A DNA stretch of 64,000 nt from Desulfobacterales bacterium (GTDB lineage Bacteria; Desulfobacterota; Desulfobacteria; Desulfobacterales; UBA5852), in NCBI GenBank assembly GCA_963674755.2, contig CAXXVS010000002.1, positions 704,001-768,000 of the forward strand, read 5' to 3'. Made by a program: the position numbers and the translations under genes. Shown in pieces: positions 51,153-62,635 of the stretch (position 1 is its first letter; each line of letters opens with the position of its first letter). Below the pieces are notes generated by a model. It saw only the letters and a program-made list of their open reading frames with translations, ran no database searches and was not told the DNA's origin.

Positions 51153-52055
51153 TTACTTCATGGACCGCATGGAAACGACAAGCCCGGTTGCGATCAGGGC
51201 GATGCCCACCCAATGAAACCAGAGAAACGCTTCCCCCAATAATCCAACGGCCATGAGACTGCCGAACACCGGCATGAGGTAGAGGAACAGGCCGGCCCGA
51301 TTGGCGCCAAGGGCTTCCACGCCGCGGTTATAGCAGAGATAGGAGATGATGGACGGGAAGATGGCCACATAAAGGATGGCCAAAATTGTCACCCGGTTCA
51401 GCGCCAGGGAGCGAATCGTGAGGGTTTCCCAAAGATAGAGGGGCAGCAGCATCATAGTGCCCGCCACGAAGGTCACCGCCACGAAGCTTAAGGGATGGAT
51501 CGGAGGGCGTTGGCGCAGCAGAACCGAATAGGCGGCGTAGCACAGCACGGCCAGAAGCACCAGCAGATCCCCCGGGTTCAATGAAAGGGTGGCCACCACC
51601 TGCCAATCTCCCCGAACGATGATGATGATGGCTCCGGCCAGACAGATTGCCACTCCGGCCACCTGGCGCCGGTTGATGCGCACCCGGAAGAGGAGAAAAG
51701 AAAACACCACAATGAAAACCGGCATCAGGGTCTGCATCAAAAAGGCATTGATGGCGACGGTGTACTGCAGGCCCGAATACGCCAGCGTGTTGAAGGCGGC
51801 TACACCGGTGCCCGCCAGCACCATTAAAATCGGACCGCTGCGGCGGATGGTGCTCCAGTCGCGTTTAAGGGGGCCCAGGGCCGGGCCCAGCACCAGCAGG
51901 GACGCTATGGCCCACCGCCAGAAGGCCAGGGCGATCGGGGGAACATCCATCCGCACGGCCCGGCCCAGAATGAAGTTGCCCGCCCAGAACAGGACGGCCA
52001 GGGTCATCAGCAGGTAGGGCAGGCGTGCGGATGAACGCTTCGGGGGAGATGGCAT
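51153..52055 (-). CDS. DMT/EamA transporter
   Basis: 10 TM, WAGNF, GDLL. Confidence 0.92.
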   Translation of the reverse strand: MPSPPKRSSARLPYLLMTLAVLFWAGNFILGRAVRMDVPPIALAFWRWAIASLLVLGPALGPLKRDWSTIRRSGPILMVLAGTGVAAFNTLAYSGLQYTVAINAFLMQTLMPVFIVVFSFLLFRVRINRRQVAGVAICLAGAIIIIVRGDWQVVATLSLNPGDLLVLLAVLCYAAYSVLLRQRPPIHPLSFVAVTFVAGTMMLLPLYLWETLTIRSLALNRVTILAILYVAIFPSIISYLCYNRGVEALGANRAGLFLYLMPVFGSLMAVGLLGEAFLWFHWVGIALIATGLVVSMRSMK

Positions 52056-52192
52056 GGCGCAGCCATAGCACCGAATCTGACAAAGGGCAAATTCGCTGAT
52101 GGCGGCAATGGTTGATGTTTTGCACCGGCTGGAGTAGGGTGCCTGGGACTTCTGATGACGGTCCGGTAACGACGAAAAGCGGAGTAGACGAT

Positions 52193-53488
52193 ATGGACAT
52201 TCAAGATATGGCCCTTCAGGCCAAGCGCGCTGCCATCCGGATGGCGGCCCTGGACAGCGCAGTGAAAAACCAGGCTCTGGCCGCTATTGCCGATGCCCTG
52301 GAAAGCCGACAGGCCGAGATCGTTGCGGCCAATGCGTCGGATCTCGAACGTTCCGCCCAAGAGGCGCTGGCCGCCCCCCTGCTCAAACGGCTCAAGTTCG
52401 ACCAATCCAAAATCGGCGAGGCGTGCGACGGGCTGCGCAGCATGATCGCCCTGCCGGATCCGGTGGGCCGCACCCTGGGCGCCATCGAGTTGGACGAAGG
52501 GCTCGAACTCTTCCGTGTGAGCTGTCCCATCGGGGTCATCGGCGTCATTTTTGAATCCCGACCCGATGCGTTGGTGCAAATCTCCTGCCTGTGCCTGAAG
52601 AGCGGCAATGCCGTGCTGCTCAAGGGAGGAAGTGAAGCCACTGAGACCAATCGGATCCTGGCCGACATCATCGACCGGGCCGGCCGGTCCGCCGGGATTC
52701 CGGAGGGCTGGCTGGGGCTGTTGGAAACCCGCGACGATGTCGCGGAAATGCTCCGTTTGGATGGCGCCATCGATCTGATCGTTCCCCGGGGCAGCAACGC
52801 TTTTGTCCAACATATCATGGCCAACACCACCATTCCGGTTATGGGTCATGCGGACGGTATCTGCCATGTCTTCGTAGACCGGGTGGCGGACCTGGATATG
52901 GCCGAGCGCATCGTCGTGGACAGCAAAACCCAGTATGTGGCGGTGTGCAATGCCGCTGAAACCCTGCTGGTACACCGGGATGTGGCTGACGCTTTCCTGC
53001 CGCGCGTCCGGGCGGCTCTGGAGGCCAAGGGCGTCGAGATCCGCGGCTGTGCCCGGACGACGTCCATTATTGACGTCCAGCCGGCCAGCGAGGAAGATTG
53101 GCGCACCGAGTACCTGGATTACATCCTCTCCATCCGGGTGGTGGACCATTTCCAGGACGCCATCGATCATATCAATCGCTATGGCTCGGGACACACCGAC
53201 GTGATTGTCAGCCGGGACCGGGAAAGAGGCCTGCGTTTCATGAGCGCCGTGGACTCGGCTGATGTGTTTTACAACTGCAGCAGCCGTTTCAGTGACGGCT
53301 TCCGCTATGGGCTGGGGGCCGAGGTGGGCATCAGCACGAACAAGACCCATGCCCGCGGCCCGGTCGGCCTGGAGGGATTGGTGATTTACCAGTGGCGTAT
53401 GATGGGGAGTGGACAGATCGTGGCCGATTATGCCGGGCCCAGGGCCCGCCGGTTTACCCACCGCCCGCTTGACAAAGCGTTCGGGTAA
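52193..53488 (+). CDS. proA: Gamma-glutamyl phosphate reductase
   Basis: FESRP, KSGNAVLLKGG, VCNAAE, GAEVGIST, HARGPVGL. Confidence 0.97.
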   Translation: MDIQDMALQAKRAAIRMAALDSAVKNQALAAIADALESRQAEIVAANASDLERSAQEALAAPLLKRLKFDQSKIGEACDGLRSMIALPDPVGRTLGAIELDEGLELFRVSCPIGVIGVIFESRPDALVQISCLCLKSGNAVLLKGGSEATETNRILADIIDRAGRSAGIPEGWLGLLETRDDVAEMLRLDGAIDLIVPRGSNAFVQHIMANTTIPVMGHADGICHVFVDRVADLDMAERIVVDSKTQYVAVCNAAETLLVHRDVADAFLPRVRAALEAKGVEIRGCARTTSIIDVQPASEEDWRTEYLDYILSIRVVDHFQDAIDHINRYGSGHTDVIVSRDRERGLRFMSAVDSADVFYNCSSRFSDGFRYGLGAEVGISTNKTHARGPVGLEGLVIYQWRMMGSGQIVADYAGPRARRFTHRPLDKAFG

Positions 53489-53520
53489 AGGCGGCTTATC
53501 GGGGACGGTATGGCGTCTTG

Positions 53521-54606
53521 TCAGGGTTTCAGTACGAAGCTTCCCACGTGGTCCTTGGCCAGGAAGGCCGTCTGGGCTTCATGGATGGCGGCCAGCGGGA
53601 ATTCGCCGGCCAGCAGGGGACGAATCTCGCTGCGCTCGATATAGCCCACCAGCCGGTCGAAAAGACCCTTCGGCAGCACGGTGGCGCCATGCAGTTCAAG
53701 ATCTTTCAGGTAGAGCTGGCGCAGGTCCAAGGCCACCCTGGGCCCTGCGATGGCCCCCGCGGCGACGTAACGCCCGCCCCGTTTCAGGGCATCGATAAGG
53801 GCCGGAAATGCGCTTCCCCCCACCACGTCCGCCACGGCATCGACCGCGCCATCCGGCAGCATTCCCTTCAGCGCCCCCGGGGAGACCGTTTCCCGATCGA
53901 TGACCCGGTCCGCCCCCAGGGCGGCCACGGCCTCTATCTTGGGGGCCGTCGTCAAGGCCAGCACCCTGGCCCCCCGCCGCTTGGCCAGTTGGACAAGGGC
54001 CGAGCCCACCCCGCCGGAAGCCCCCGTCACCAGCAACGTATCCTGCCGCGTCACCCGGATGCGGGTCAGCATGTTCTCCGCGGTGGAATAGGAACAGGGA
54101 AAGGTGGCCAGTTCGGCATCACTCAGGTCCGAAACGATGGGGAAGGCGTTGTCGGCCGGAACGGTCAGATAAGCGGCGAAACCGCCGTCGCGCTCGCTGC
54201 CCAGATACCCGCTGCGCTGCAGATCATCGGGGAAACGGGGATCCCGCAACAGCGGTTCCACAATGACCCGTTCGCCGATCCGGGCCACAGGGACGCCGCG
54301 GCCCACAGCGGCGATATGGCCGGCCACGTCGGCGCCCTGGATGCGTGGGAAGGCCAGCGGGCCGCTCCAGCCGCCGGGAGCATCGTCCGCCGGGGGGGCA
54401 TCCCCCCTGGCCGCTTCCTGTGCCGTGGGGGCATACCAGCCCAGGCGCGTATTGATGTCCGTATTGTTGACGCCGCAGGCGCCCACGCGGATCAGCACTT
54501 CACCGGGGCCGGGGGATGGCACGGGGACAGCGTGGTGGATGGCGAGTTTGTCAAAACCGCCATAGCCGGTCAGCACGACGGCCGTCATCCGGGCGGGGAT
54601 TCTCAC
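53521..54606 (-). CDS. MDR-family alcohol dehydrogenase/quinone oxidoreductase
   Basis: GVNNTD, FPRIQGAD, TGASGGVG. Confidence 0.92.
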   Translation of the reverse strand: MRIPARMTAVVLTGYGGFDKLAIHHAVPVPSPGPGEVLIRVGACGVNNTDINTRLGWYAPTAQEAARGDAPPADDAPGGWSGPLAFPRIQGADVAGHIAAVGRGVPVARIGERVIVEPLLRDPRFPDDLQRSGYLGSERDGGFAAYLTVPADNAFPIVSDLSDAELATFPCSYSTAENMLTRIRVTRQDTLLVTGASGGVGSALVQLAKRRGARVLALTTAPKIEAVAALGADRVIDRETVSPGALKGMLPDGAVDAVADVVGGSAFPALIDALKRGGRYVAAGAIAGPRVALDLRQLYLKDLELHGATVLPKGLFDRLVGYIERSEIRPLLAGEFPLAAIHEAQTAFLAKDHVGSFVLKP

Positions 54607-54652
54607 AAGGGACCTCTATCTTCTGACGGACCCGTGATGGAGCGGAAGGCGA

Positions 54653-55372
54653 TTATTCGATTTCAAACACCATGGTGACTTCCGCTTCGATGGTCAGGTC
54701 GCCGATTTCGATCGGGGTGCGGCTGGCTGCCAGGGACGCCTTCTCGTAGAATATGCCCGGAAGGCCCTGGGGGGCGTAACGGATTTGTTTGACGCGGATA
54801 ACGCGGACCCCGGCGGCCTGGGCCAGCTTCTGCGCTTCGAGGCGCGCCTGGCTGACGGCCAAAACAGCCGCCTGGGTGCGATATTCCCCCTCTTGGGACG
54901 AACGAAACTGCAGACTGCTGATCATGCCGGCTCCGGCTTCGGCGGCCTGATCGATGAACTGGCCGATTTTTTTCATCTGGGTGGTTTCGAGGCTTACCCG
55001 GTTGCTGACCCGGTAGCCGGAGGGGCGCAGGCGGTCATCTTTCTCATAAACCGCCTGCAAGTTGAAACTGGCGGTCTGCAGCCTATCCTCGTCGTCCATG
55101 ATCTTGCGCAGGGCGGCCATCAGCTTTTCTGTTTTTTGGGCATTGCCGGCCACGGCTTCCTGGGCCTGGCGCGCGTTGGTTTCCACCGTGAAAGCCAGCA
55201 GGGCCATGTCGGGCTGGACCATGACCGATGCCCGGCCGGAGACCTCGAGCGTTGCCGGATCGGGTCGGGAGACCGTTTGCGCGGCGGGGTCCTCGGGGTT
55301 GGCATAGGCAGGCAGGGCCACAAGGGCTGCCAGCATCAGGATCAGCATGGTGTTCGACAGAAACCTTCGCAT
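54653..55372 (-). CDS. SIMPL/YggE domain periplasmic protein
   Basis: Signal peptide, VSGRASVMVQPD, GYRVSN. Confidence 0.9.
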   Translation of the reverse strand: MRRFLSNTMLILMLAALVALPAYANPEDPAAQTVSRPDPATLEVSGRASVMVQPDMALLAFTVETNARQAQEAVAGNAQKTEKLMAALRKIMDDEDRLQTASFNLQAVYEKDDRLRPSGYRVSNRVSLETTQMKKIGQFIDQAAEAGAGMISSLQFRSSQEGEYRTQAAVLAVSQARLEAQKLAQAAGVRVIRVKQIRYAPQGLPGIFYEKASLAASRTPIEIGDLTIEAEVTMVFEIE

Positions 55373-55502
55373 GGCACAATCCTTTCACATATTCGGTGGT
55401 ATAAGCGCTTCCAAGGGTTCGTATGGGATATACACCGTTTTGACGCCCTGCGCCACCTCTTCCTTTTCGCTGGAATGTCATCGGTCGGCCGAATATACGG
55501 CG

Positions 55503-56354
55503 CTACCGTTGGTTCTTCGAAGCAGGCCTGATCCAGGCGCCATCCTGGCGATAGCCGCTGCTGATGGCTTTCAGACGGTCTTTCTGATCGCGAAAGCGTG
55601 ATTTCATGGACAACAGCCACTCGCGATGGGCAAGCGCCTCCTGCTGGCTCAGGAAGAGTTCGTGGTCACTGCGCTGGATATGCAGCCGCGTCTGTCCCTC
55701 TTTGGATTCCAGGGTACCGGCATTGCTGCAAAGCATGCAGCGCACCCGGTCATGGGACAGGAACCGGAAGGTGCGTCCGCCGCACAGCGGACAACGCGGT
55801 CCGGCGTCCGGCGGCGGAGCGTCCAGCAGGGCTTCTGCCAGGGCGCGGGCCGTTTCCCGGTTCTGGCGGTTGAGAAAGATTTCGCCGGGCAGGGCGCCGT
55901 AGATCATGCGGCCGGCGCGAATGTCGGCAAACAACAGCGTCAGGAAATTCTCCAGCCCCAGCAGGGTATAACCTTCTTTGCCCGGGAGGCCGGCAATGCC
56001 CACGGCCACCGCCGGTTTGCCCCACAGGGCTTCGATATGGGGATAAAGGGCCAGCCCGCGGTCGGTAAAGCGCTTCAGGCAGGCGTTGGGGCCCAGGAAA
56101 TAGGTCGGTGCGGCCACGATGAGGGCATCGGCCGCGAGAATCGCCTGGCACACGGCTTGGTAGTCGTCTTCAATGGGGCACTGTCCTTTGAGCAAACACA
56201 GGTAGCATCCGCGGCAGGCTGCGATGTTGAACTCCGGCAGACGCAGGAGTGTCAAATCGTGGGCCATGGGCAGCTGCCGACTGATTTCCTTGGCCATAAG
56301 CTCGCAGTTGCCGAGCCGGCGCGGCGAGCCTAAAAGGGCCAGTATGGTTTTCAA
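55503..56354 (-). CDS. Flavodoxin-family (NADPH-dependent FMN reductase / Fe-S flavoprotein) with C-terminal Zn ribbon
   Basis: GSPR, CRGCYLC..C, APTYF, CPLC..CMLC. Confidence 0.88.
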   Translation of the reverse strand: MKTILALLGSPRRLGNCELMAKEISRQLPMAHDLTLLRLPEFNIAACRGCYLCLLKGQCPIEDDYQAVCQAILAADALIVAAPTYFLGPNACLKRFTDRGLALYPHIEALWGKPAVAVGIAGLPGKEGYTLLGLENFLTLLFADIRAGRMIYGALPGEIFLNRQNRETARALAEALLDAPPPDAGPRCPLCGGRTFRFLSHDRVRCMLCSNAGTLESKEGQTRLHIQRSDHELFLSQQEALAHREWLLSMKSRFRDQKDRLKAISSGYRQDGAWIRPASKNQR

Positions 56355-56800
56355 GAGGACTCCTTTCCCGCAAGGGCGGCAAGGCACTTCCTGATGCTGA
56401 CCGCCACCACCTGCTGCACCATATGGGGGAGCGGCTCTGCCGTGAGTCCGACGAGGGTCACATCCTCCTGGGAAAGGGGCAGCAGTATTTTAGGGGCCCG
56501 GCTGCTGGTAACGGCTTCGGCCATACGGGAGGTAACTTCTCCGAGCATGGCGTTGGCCCAGGTGATGGCAACCGTCCCCACGATGAGATCTGCTTGGGCC
56601 GCGGTGCGGACGATGGCGTTTTCGCCGGAGGCACCGCGGTTGGCACCGGCTTTCATCATCTGCGCGGTGGCGATGGCATTGGTTCCCAGGGCCAGGATTT
56701 CCACCTGGTCCCGATAGTGCCGCTGGATGGACTTGATCAGGGTGGCGCCAATGCCGCCGCCCTGGCCATCGATGACACAGATTCGGACACGACCGGGCAC
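56351..56800 (-). CDS. DUF3842 family protein
   Basis: VIDGQGGGIG, GTNAIAT, ASGENA. Confidence 0.88.
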   Translation of the reverse strand: MPGRVRICVIDGQGGGIGATLIKSIQRHYRDQVEILALGTNAIATAQMMKAGANRGASGENAIVRTAAQADLIVGTVAITWANAMLGEVTSRMAEAVTSSRAPKILLPLSQEDVTLVGLTAEPLPHMVQQVVAVSIRKCLAALAGKESS

Positions 56801-56908
56801 ACCCCCTCCTTTTCGGTCCATGGTTTTTATCAATTCCCGCAATCCTCTGTCGGTGCGGAACTCCCTGAGGTCATGCCGGCCATAGCGCCGTGGGCCGCCA
56901 TCCCTTTT

Positions 56909-57256
56909 TCAACGCCGCAGCAGCATGGGGCCCAGAGGGCGGCCGCCGAAAAGATGCATATGCAGATGGAAGACTTCCTGCCCGCCGTGTTTGTTGCAGT
57001 TGATCAGCAGGCGATACCCGTCTTCGGCAATCCCCTCCTGGGCGGCGATTTTACGGGCCGCCGTGAACATCTTGCCGATCAGGCGTTCGTCTTCTTGTCC
57101 GATATCGTTGACCGTGGGGATCTCCTTGTTGGGCACGATCAGGATGTGGACCGGCGCTTGGGGTTCGATGTCGCGGAAGGCGGTGATATCCTCATCCTGG
57201 TACACCATGTCCGATGGAATTTCCTTATTGATGATCTTGCTGAAGATCGTCGCCAT
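56909..57256 (-). CDS. hinT: HIT-family nucleotide hydrolase
   Basis: [17 protein letters not shown]. Confidence 0.95.
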   Translation of the reverse strand: MATIFSKIINKEIPSDMVYQDEDITAFRDIEPQAPVHILIVPNKEIPTVNDIGQEDERLIGKMFTAARKIAAQEGIAEDGYRLLINCNKHGGQEVFHLHMHLFGGRPLGPMLLRR

Positions 57257-57450
57257 TGCGTTGTCCCTCCCATGGATGATGAAGTTCGGTCGATGCGGTC
57301 ATTAGCGTATAGAGACCTTGCGCGGCAACGCGCATTCCGCAAAGGGCTACTGAAACAGTCCGGACCTGTCAAGCACGATTTGTTGGCGGGCCGAGCGTTG
57401 CTTGGTTAGCCGGCAGCGGGGTGGACGATGAGGCACTGCCTTTGGTCATG

Positions 57451-58944
57451 TCAGCCGGCGGGATCAAGATCCGAGAAACGGTTTATGCTTTCCAGGCGGG
57501 CCACCTCGCGGCGATAGCGCCCTTTCCAGCCATACTTCTTTTGCGCCCGGGCAACCACCCATTTCATCAGAGGCCGGAAAGCGAAGCGCCAAATGGAGGT
57601 CCACAGCCGTCCCTGCCGTCGGATACGCTCCGAAGGTTCCCACCATCCCATGACCTTCAGCCGATGATACCAGCAAAGGTAGTGCAATCGCTCGGAACTT
57701 AGATGGCGGGTGCGCACGTTGGCCCACATGCCGTTGTAACGGGTGAAATTGTCGGAGTTGGTCACGAGACCGGCCGTGGTGAGTTCCTCGCGAATGCCGG
57801 TTTTCGGGTAGGGGGTCAAAATCTGGCAATAGGCCGTATCCGCTCCGGTGGATTTCAGGAACTGGTAGTTGGCGATAATGTCGGCCTCATCATCGTCCGG
57901 GAACCCGAAGATCATGCCGCCGACCACCATGATGCCGTATTGGTGGCAGAGGGCCACCGCCCGGCGGGAATAGTCCGGTGTATTGCCTTTCCGGGCGACC
58001 GCCAGGTTATGGGCGGAGGCATTCTCAATGCCTAGGAAAACCGATTTGAACCCGGCCCGGGCCATCATGCGGACCATGGGTTCGTTGCGCGCCATGGTAA
58101 CGCAGTCGGCCTGGACGACGAAGTACAGGTTGCGGTAGCCGCGGGCGATAATGGCTTTGCACATGGTGATCACGCGATCGGGGTCCAGGACCATGTTGTC
58201 ATCCGCCACAAAGATCCAGCGGACATGACGGCGATAGTAGATATCGTCGATATCGGCCAGAATGCGTTCAAGCGGAAAGGGGCGGAAGGCGCGCCCGTAC
58301 ATGTGCCGGATGCTGCAGAAGTTGCAGGTTCGGGTGCAACCGCGGGACGTCTCCATGACCTCGCAGTGGCGATTCATGATATGGTAGCCCCGGGTTAGGC
58401 GCCGGTTATCGCGTATCGGCAGTTTCAATCCCGCCAGATCAAGCAGTTCGCCCTGCTGATTATGAATGAAATGCCCTTCGTGCCTGTAGGAGAGAGAGGC
58501 AATATCCGCCAGGTGAGCCTTGCCTTCCAAGGCGGATACCAGGGCCTGAAAGGCGGCTTCCCCCTCTCCTCGGATCAGAAAATCGATCTGGGCCGCATCC
58601 GGAGAAGCACCGATTTCCTGATACATTAGGGTGGCGTGGTAGCCACCAAGCACTATCCTGGCCTCCGGCAGCAGCCGTTTGACAAGGGCGATGATTTTCA
58701 GACAAGTGGCATATTGCCAGGTCATGGCAGAAAACCCTATCAATTGCGGTTTGATGTGCCGCAGGGTCTTCGTCAGGTAGCGTCTTAATTGGCGCCGCTT
58801 GCGGATAAGGTCGATCAGATGGACCTCGTGGCGTTCTTCCAGGTTGGCGCCGAGGCTGGCAATACCGAGGTTGGGCATGTGAAAGGCCGCGGGGTGCATG
58901 ATAACCGGCGCCACATCCGGCATTGAGAGAAGAACGATCTTCAT
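57451..58944 (-). CDS. B12-binding radical SAM protein
   Basis: LGGYHAT, GEGE, SRGCTRTCNFC. Confidence 0.93.
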   Translation of the reverse strand: MKIVLLSMPDVAPVIMHPAAFHMPNLGIASLGANLEERHEVHLIDLIRKRRQLRRYLTKTLRHIKPQLIGFSAMTWQYATCLKIIALVKRLLPEARIVLGGYHATLMYQEIGASPDAAQIDFLIRGEGEAAFQALVSALEGKAHLADIASLSYRHEGHFIHNQQGELLDLAGLKLPIRDNRRLTRGYHIMNRHCEVMETSRGCTRTCNFCSIRHMYGRAFRPFPLERILADIDDIYYRRHVRWIFVADDNMVLDPDRVITMCKAIIARGYRNLYFVVQADCVTMARNEPMVRMMARAGFKSVFLGIENASAHNLAVARKGNTPDYSRRAVALCHQYGIMVVGGMIFGFPDDDEADIIANYQFLKSTGADTAYCQILTPYPKTGIREELTTAGLVTNSDNFTRYNGMWANVRTRHLSSERLHYLCWYHRLKVMGWWEPSERIRRQGRLWTSIWRFAFRPLMKWVVARAQKKYGWKGRYRREVARLESINRFSDLDPAG

Positions 58945-59291
58945 AGAATCCTCCAATGGCAAAGCAGTGGGTTCCATAATGCCATAGGGTGCAGACGTAT
59001 ACCTGGATCAGGAGAAAACGCGGGCGTGCTTTCGAATCGAGAATTGCCCTTCACCATAGCACAGTAAGGCCGAGATAACAGGACGTTTTACGATCTTGCT
59101 GCCCCCGGGCATGCGACAGAAGCCTCTCGGACGAAGCGCATACCGCACAAGGGAATCTGAACGGCCGACGTATCGCTTGGCGGCAGGGGCCAGAACATCG
59201 GCAGGACGAGCAGGCGTGGGGAGATGGCCCGCCGCAGGCTCGTTGGGCATCGCAATGCCGAATTGCGGAGCCCGGCAAAACAAACCGATGA

Positions 59292-59738
59292 TTAGGGGCG
59301 GGGGTTAGGGGTCGGGCCGGAAGTATCCGGGACATCTTTCGGGGCGGCCCCCGACAACTGCGCCATGACCACCATCACCGCCCACCTGAGATCCAAATCA
59401 AGATGCTCGGGATCCTTGTAGAAGGTATCCAGTGCTTCCAGCAGATGCTGCCGATCCCATTTCCCGATTTGCCGTTCTAAGACGTTGGCGATGCCGGCCA
59501 CGGCGCGCTGGCATTCGGGGGCCAATGCTTTGTCGCCCTGGTCGGCCTGCCCGTAGCGGACCACCCGGTCCTGGCCGAACAGGATCCCGTTTATGACACC
59601 GTGTACGAACAGACGTTTTTGGTCGACCGAACACGTTCGCCAATAGTGGCCGTCAAAGGTGGTGTCGGCAGCCTCGGCGATGGCGGCGATACTGAGAAAC
59701 AGGGTGATCATAGCGATGCATAACGGCTTTCGTGGCAT
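59292..59738 (-). CDS. Secreted hypothetical protein
   Basis: Signal peptide; DGHYW motif. Confidence 0.7.
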   Translation of the reverse strand: MPRKPLCIAMITLFLSIAAIAEAADTTFDGHYWRTCSVDQKRLFVHGVINGILFGQDRVVRYGQADQGDKALAPECQRAVAGIANVLERQIGKWDRQHLLEALDTFYKDPEHLDLDLRWAVMVVMAQLSGAAPKDVPDTSGPTPNPRP

Positions 59739-60118
59739 GACTGTTCTTTTCTTTCAGAGGGTTCAAAGGGCATCGCCCAAGCGTTACCTATCGGCGAACG
59801 GGACCCGATTCCGACACAAGAAGCATTGCTTCGGGCCGGGTTCGCCGAGCAGGCGGTTTCATCCAGGGACGATACTGGAAGTTGTCGTTTGGGGCGCTTC
59901 AGGGGAATGGCGGATAAGGCCCATCCAATCCTGCTCCAGCGATCAGCGTTATTCTTCTATAACAAATGGACCGTGGTGACAAGGGACGGCGGATAGGATG
60001 ATAGACGACCGCTTAGGCGATTCGCAGAAGAAGATCGGGCGCGCGTTGAAAGGCGGGTGGCGGCGGGAAAACGTTTTTTGAAAAACGGAAAGCGACCGTC
60101 ACGCCAGGGCTTTCGGGA

Positions 60119-60295
60119 TCAGCAGCGACCGTTTGCCAGGCAAAAGCGCAGATACTGGCGTTCGGCTTCATGGAAATCAGCCTCGGAGTAATATTCGAGA
60201 TTTTCGGTCACCCGGAATTTTCGGCGGTATTTGGCGACAATTCGGTCGATACCCTGGCGGTCGCCGCTGGCGGTGTCTTTTTCTTGCAAGACCAT
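60119..60295 (-). CDS. Small hypothetical protein (58 aa)
   Basis: GAGGA SD; YRRKFRVTENLEYYS. Confidence 0.6.
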   Translation of the reverse strand: MVLQEKDTASGDRQGIDRIVAKYRRKFRVTENLEYYSEADFHEAERQYLRFCLANGRC

Positions 60296-60735
60296 AAGTA
60301 TCCTCTCTTGGATTGCCCCTATCAGACGGGAGAGCAAAGCCCTGCAGCGTTTCGTGGTTAAGGGGCGGCTTTCCCGACCTGGTCCCTTACGCCACCCTAC
60401 AGAGCTGCGGGTGAAGGCGTACCGGTCGTGGAACGTCATGGAGGCCTTAAGCCCTTTGTAGGGAATCTGGTTAGCAGGGAACATGCCAGCCGACCGCAAT
60501 AGGCTTAAGATGCCGAAATTAAGAAAAATATAGAAATGACGGGTATCGGCAAGGCGCAGGAGTGTGGAAACGTTTCATCAAAACTGGGTAATACAGATGC
60601 CACTGTCCGATCTTACGATCCGGCCACCGATGACGTTGTCAAAAGAATCCGATGGAAGCAAAAGGAGGGGAGAATATATTGTCAGTGAATGCGGCCTGGC
60701 AGCGCAGCGATACCACCAGGCCGCACTAGAAAGTT

Positions 60736-61008
60736 TTACACGGCATCCTGGAGTTTTTTGCCGGCTTTGAACTTCACGACATTTTTGGCCTTGATTTTAA
60801 TGGCCTCGCCCGTCTGGGGATTGCGACCCTTGCGGGCTTTGCGGCGAACCTTGGAGAAGGTGCCGAAGCCGACCAAGGTAACTTTGCCGTCTTTTTTCTT
60901 CAATGCCTTGGTAACACTGCCGACAAAAGAATCCAAAGCCGTTCCGGCAGCGGCTTTGGTGATACCGGCATCACTCGCCATTTTTTCAATCAATTCCGCT
61001 TTTGTCAT
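60736..61008 (-). CDS. hup: DNA-binding protein HU
   Basis: [20 protein letters not shown]. Confidence 0.97.
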   Translation of the reverse strand: MTKAELIEKMASDAGITKAAAGTALDSFVGSVTKALKKKDGKVTLVGFGTFSKVRRKARKGRNPQTGEAIKIKAKNVVKFKAGKKLQDAV

Positions 61009-61419
61009 CTGTCGTCATCCTCCTGTTGTTCGAAAATGTTGATGGTGCCACCTGTTTCTGAAAATGGCATCTACTGGATGAAACGCCAATTGTCAACACT
61101 TCACATGCGTGGCAGCATGTTTTTTTTTCATTGGTAATGATTTCCGTCGGTCGGTTCGACCAAACTACGATGTACACTGGGTTCTGGAAGATCGGATATT
61201 TTGGCTATCGATGGGGGCCACCGTGTCCGGAGGGTGACTGCCCACGGTGGCCCGAAACGGCGCTGTCTAATTCTATCCATCTGTTATGACTGTTATAATA
61301 AAGTTATGCGGAGAAAAAGAAGACGGATTCCAACCACATCGATGGCGATCGGGAATAAGCAGAACGGGCTGGTGGATACTATTGGCCGGGGACCTGGCGA
61401 TAGGCACGTCGCGAGGATC

Positions 61420-61833
61420 TCACAGCCGTTTTCCCAGACTGACGACCTCATCTTCGTTGAAGCCCAGGGCGCGGTAAAAGGCAATCACAGACGAATTGGT
61501 TCGGCGCACTTGCAGGTTGATCTTGGGGCAGCCCAGGGCGCGCAAGGCCGTCTCGGCTGCGCCCATCAAGGCTTTGCCCACGCCCTGGCGCCGGCGGTCC
61601 GGTGCCACGGCAAGGTAGTTGATCCATCCGCGATGGCCTTCATAGCCGGCCATGATCGTACCCACCAGGCGACCATCCAGCAGGGCGACCAGGAACAGGT
61701 CGGGTTGAAAGCGCACTTTGGCGGCGATATCCATGACCGGGTCGTTTTGCGGCACCACCAGGCGGCAGTCCTGCCACAGTGCTATGAGCGCGTCTTGATC
61801 ATCGGCTGTAAAGGGGCGGATGGTGAGTGTCAT
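61420..61833 (-). CDS. GNAT acetyltransferase (YpeA-like)
   Basis: GYEGHRGWINYLAV, CPKINLQVR, VSLGKRL. Confidence 0.93.
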   Translation of the reverse strand: MTLTIRPFTADDQDALIALWQDCRLVVPQNDPVMDIAAKVRFQPDLFLVALLDGRLVGTIMAGYEGHRGWINYLAVAPDRRRQGVGKALMGAAETALRALGCPKINLQVRRTNSSVIAFYRALGFNEDEVVSLGKRL

Positions 61834-61852
61834 TGGCATTCTCCCCGACAGG

Positions 61853-62635
61853 TTATGATTTATCGCCTTCAATCAGGGCCAGCACTTGTGGCAGAAGGGT
61901 TCGGGTTGTGCTAAGGCCCTCCTTCCCGTAGATGGTTTCGTTGCCGGACCAGTCCCCGAAATACCCCCCGGCTTCGCGCATGATCGGTGGGAAAGGGGCG
62001 CAGTCGTAAGGATTCAAGACCGGATCCAGCATGATCTCCATGCGTCCTGTGGCCACGAGGGCATACCCGTAGGCATCCGACCAGCCGACACTGCAATAGC
62101 TCGCGTCCACTAGTCGTTGCCAGGCGTCGAAGCGTCCGGCGGGCGCGAAGCTTTCCGCGCCCGTAAACCCGACATAACTGCGCTCCAGACGGTCGGTGGC
62201 GGCGACCCGCGCCCGCCGTCCGTTCCAGAAGCATCCCAGACCGCTCGCGGCGAAGATCATATCGTTCAAGGCCGGGAAATACGCCACGCCTACCTCGCAG
62301 CGGCCGGCGATTTCAAGGCCGATCAGCACCGCATAAAGGGGCACGCCGCGAATAAAGGCCTTGGTACCGTCGATGGGGTCGATGATCCAGCGAAATTCTT
62401 CGTCTTCGCCCGTCTTGACACCCTGTTCTTCGCCGAGGATGGCATGGCGGGGATAACGCGCTTCGATGCGCTCCCGGATCAATGTTTCGGCTTGGCGGTC
62501 CGCCACGGTTACCGGGGTGTCGTCGGGTTTGTAGTCCGGGCGCACCTCATTTTGGAAATAGCCCAGCGTCAGACGGCCGGCGGCATGGGCGGTTTGAACG
62601 GCGAAGTCAAGATAGGCTTGCAGCGATGATGCCAT
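61853..62635 (-). CDS. hisN: Histidinol-phosphatase, inositol monophosphatase family
   Basis: PVTVADR, GEE, WIIDPIDGTKAFIRG. Confidence 0.85.
   Translation of the reverse strand: MASSLQAYLDFAVQTAHAAGRLTLGYFQNEVRPDYKPDDTPVTVADRQAETLIRERIEARYPRHAILGEEQGVKTGEDEEFRWIIDPIDGTKAFIRGVPLYAVLIGLEIAGRCEVGVAYFPALNDMIFAASGLGCFWNGRRARVAATDRLERSYVGFTGAESFAPAGRFDAWQRLVDASYCSVGWSDAYGYALVATGRMEIMLDPVLNPYDCAPFPPIMREAGGYFGDWSGNETIYGKEGLSTTRTLLPQVLALIEGDKS

Noticed and set aside
58990..60110. Intergenic stretches 58990-59290 and 59740-60110 as ncRNA or small genes
   Set aside because: No recognisable motif, repeat or convincing ORF found by eye.
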